Below are positions 63,361-64,000 of a stretch of DNA of 64,000 nucleotides, piece by piece (position 1 is the stretch's first letter; every line of letters begins with the position of its first letter). The notes beneath the pieces are model-generated. The model did not search any database. It saw only the letters and a list, made by a program, of their open reading frames with translations, and had not been told where the DNA came from. Source of the stretch: Zygnema circumcarinatum SAG 698-1b (Eukaryota; Plantae; Zygnematophyceae); contig CM074819.1 of the NCBI GenBank assembly GCA_037447605.1, forward strand, positions 806,001 to 870,000, given 5' to 3'. The translations under genes and the position numbers were made by a program.

Positions 63361-64000
63361 GTGCACTGAAAACTTTCTGCTCAAACTTTTTTGGTTTCAG
63401 GGGTTAGGTTTTAAGGTTTAGGGTCTCGGTTCTAGGGCATATGGTTTAATTTTTTAGTGTTTAGGGTTGAAGAATGAGGGTTGAGGGTTGAGGGTTTAGG
63501 GGTTAGGGTTTAAAGTTTAGGGTTCAAGATAATAGGGCTTAGGCTGAAGGGTTTAGAATTTAGAGTTAGGTTTAAGGTTTAATGCTTAGGGTTCAGCGTT
63601 CAGGTTTATGATTTAAGGTTTAGCGCTTAGGCTTGAGGGTTTAGGTTTAGGGTTTAGGTGTAGGGTTCACGGTCTAGGGTTTGAGGTTCAGCGTGTAGGG
63701 CTTAAGATTTGATCCTCCATAAAAAACAAACTTGAAAGTTTCTTAGAGTTAGACTTAGGGTTAGTGTTGGGGTTAGAGTTAGGGTTAGAGTAAGGCTTAA
63801 GGTTCAGATTAGCACCAATTTTTTAATTTTAATTTAATTTATTTTTTTTATTTTTTTATTTTGAGAATTCTTTCCTCCTCCGCTAAGTTTGATCAACCCT
63901 CCCTCTCTCCCTCCCTCCCTCCCCTTGATTTTAATATTCTCTCTTTCTTAATTTTTTTCTCAAGTGTGGTTTCAGAATTTTCGAAGAAATTACTCCCAGC

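Overview
Eukaryotic, intron-rich nuclear DNA from a streptophyte plant lineage. A streptophyte green alga is inferred from the gene content and the GA/CT- and TTTAGGG-like-filled introns; the species cannot be determined from the sequence. Reconstructed spliced genes: an ETR1-type ethylene receptor (+), a Cys-rich gene resembling the CxC4 domain of KDZ transposases/HMGXB3 (-), a plastid DUF2358/NTF2-like protein (-), a weak UCP012943-like gene (+), tRNA-Thr(CGT) just upstream of TCF25/Rqc1 (+), an expansin (+), a 14-exon EH-domain protein (-), a PLAC8 protein (+), two SKP1 paralogues (+) flanking a SUB1-like O-fucosyltransferase (-), and the first exon of a further gene. The most striking element is a 450-bp TRIM retroelement inserted in exon 2 of one SKP1 copy. 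It has identical 130-bp LTRs, a 5-bp TSD, a PBS and a PPT, and each LTR carries a degenerate tRNA-like cassette with Pol III A/B boxes, analogous to the 5S cassette in Cassandra. Also present: a ~1.15-kb inverted duplication bracketing the expansin, nested TIR elements, a two-copy TA-flanked MITE family, a 3.8-kb (GA)n tract, and a 990-bp duplication at an N-gap that is probably an assembly artefact. Most long ORFs in the supplied track are simple-repeat artefacts. Several 10-N gaps limit interpretation.
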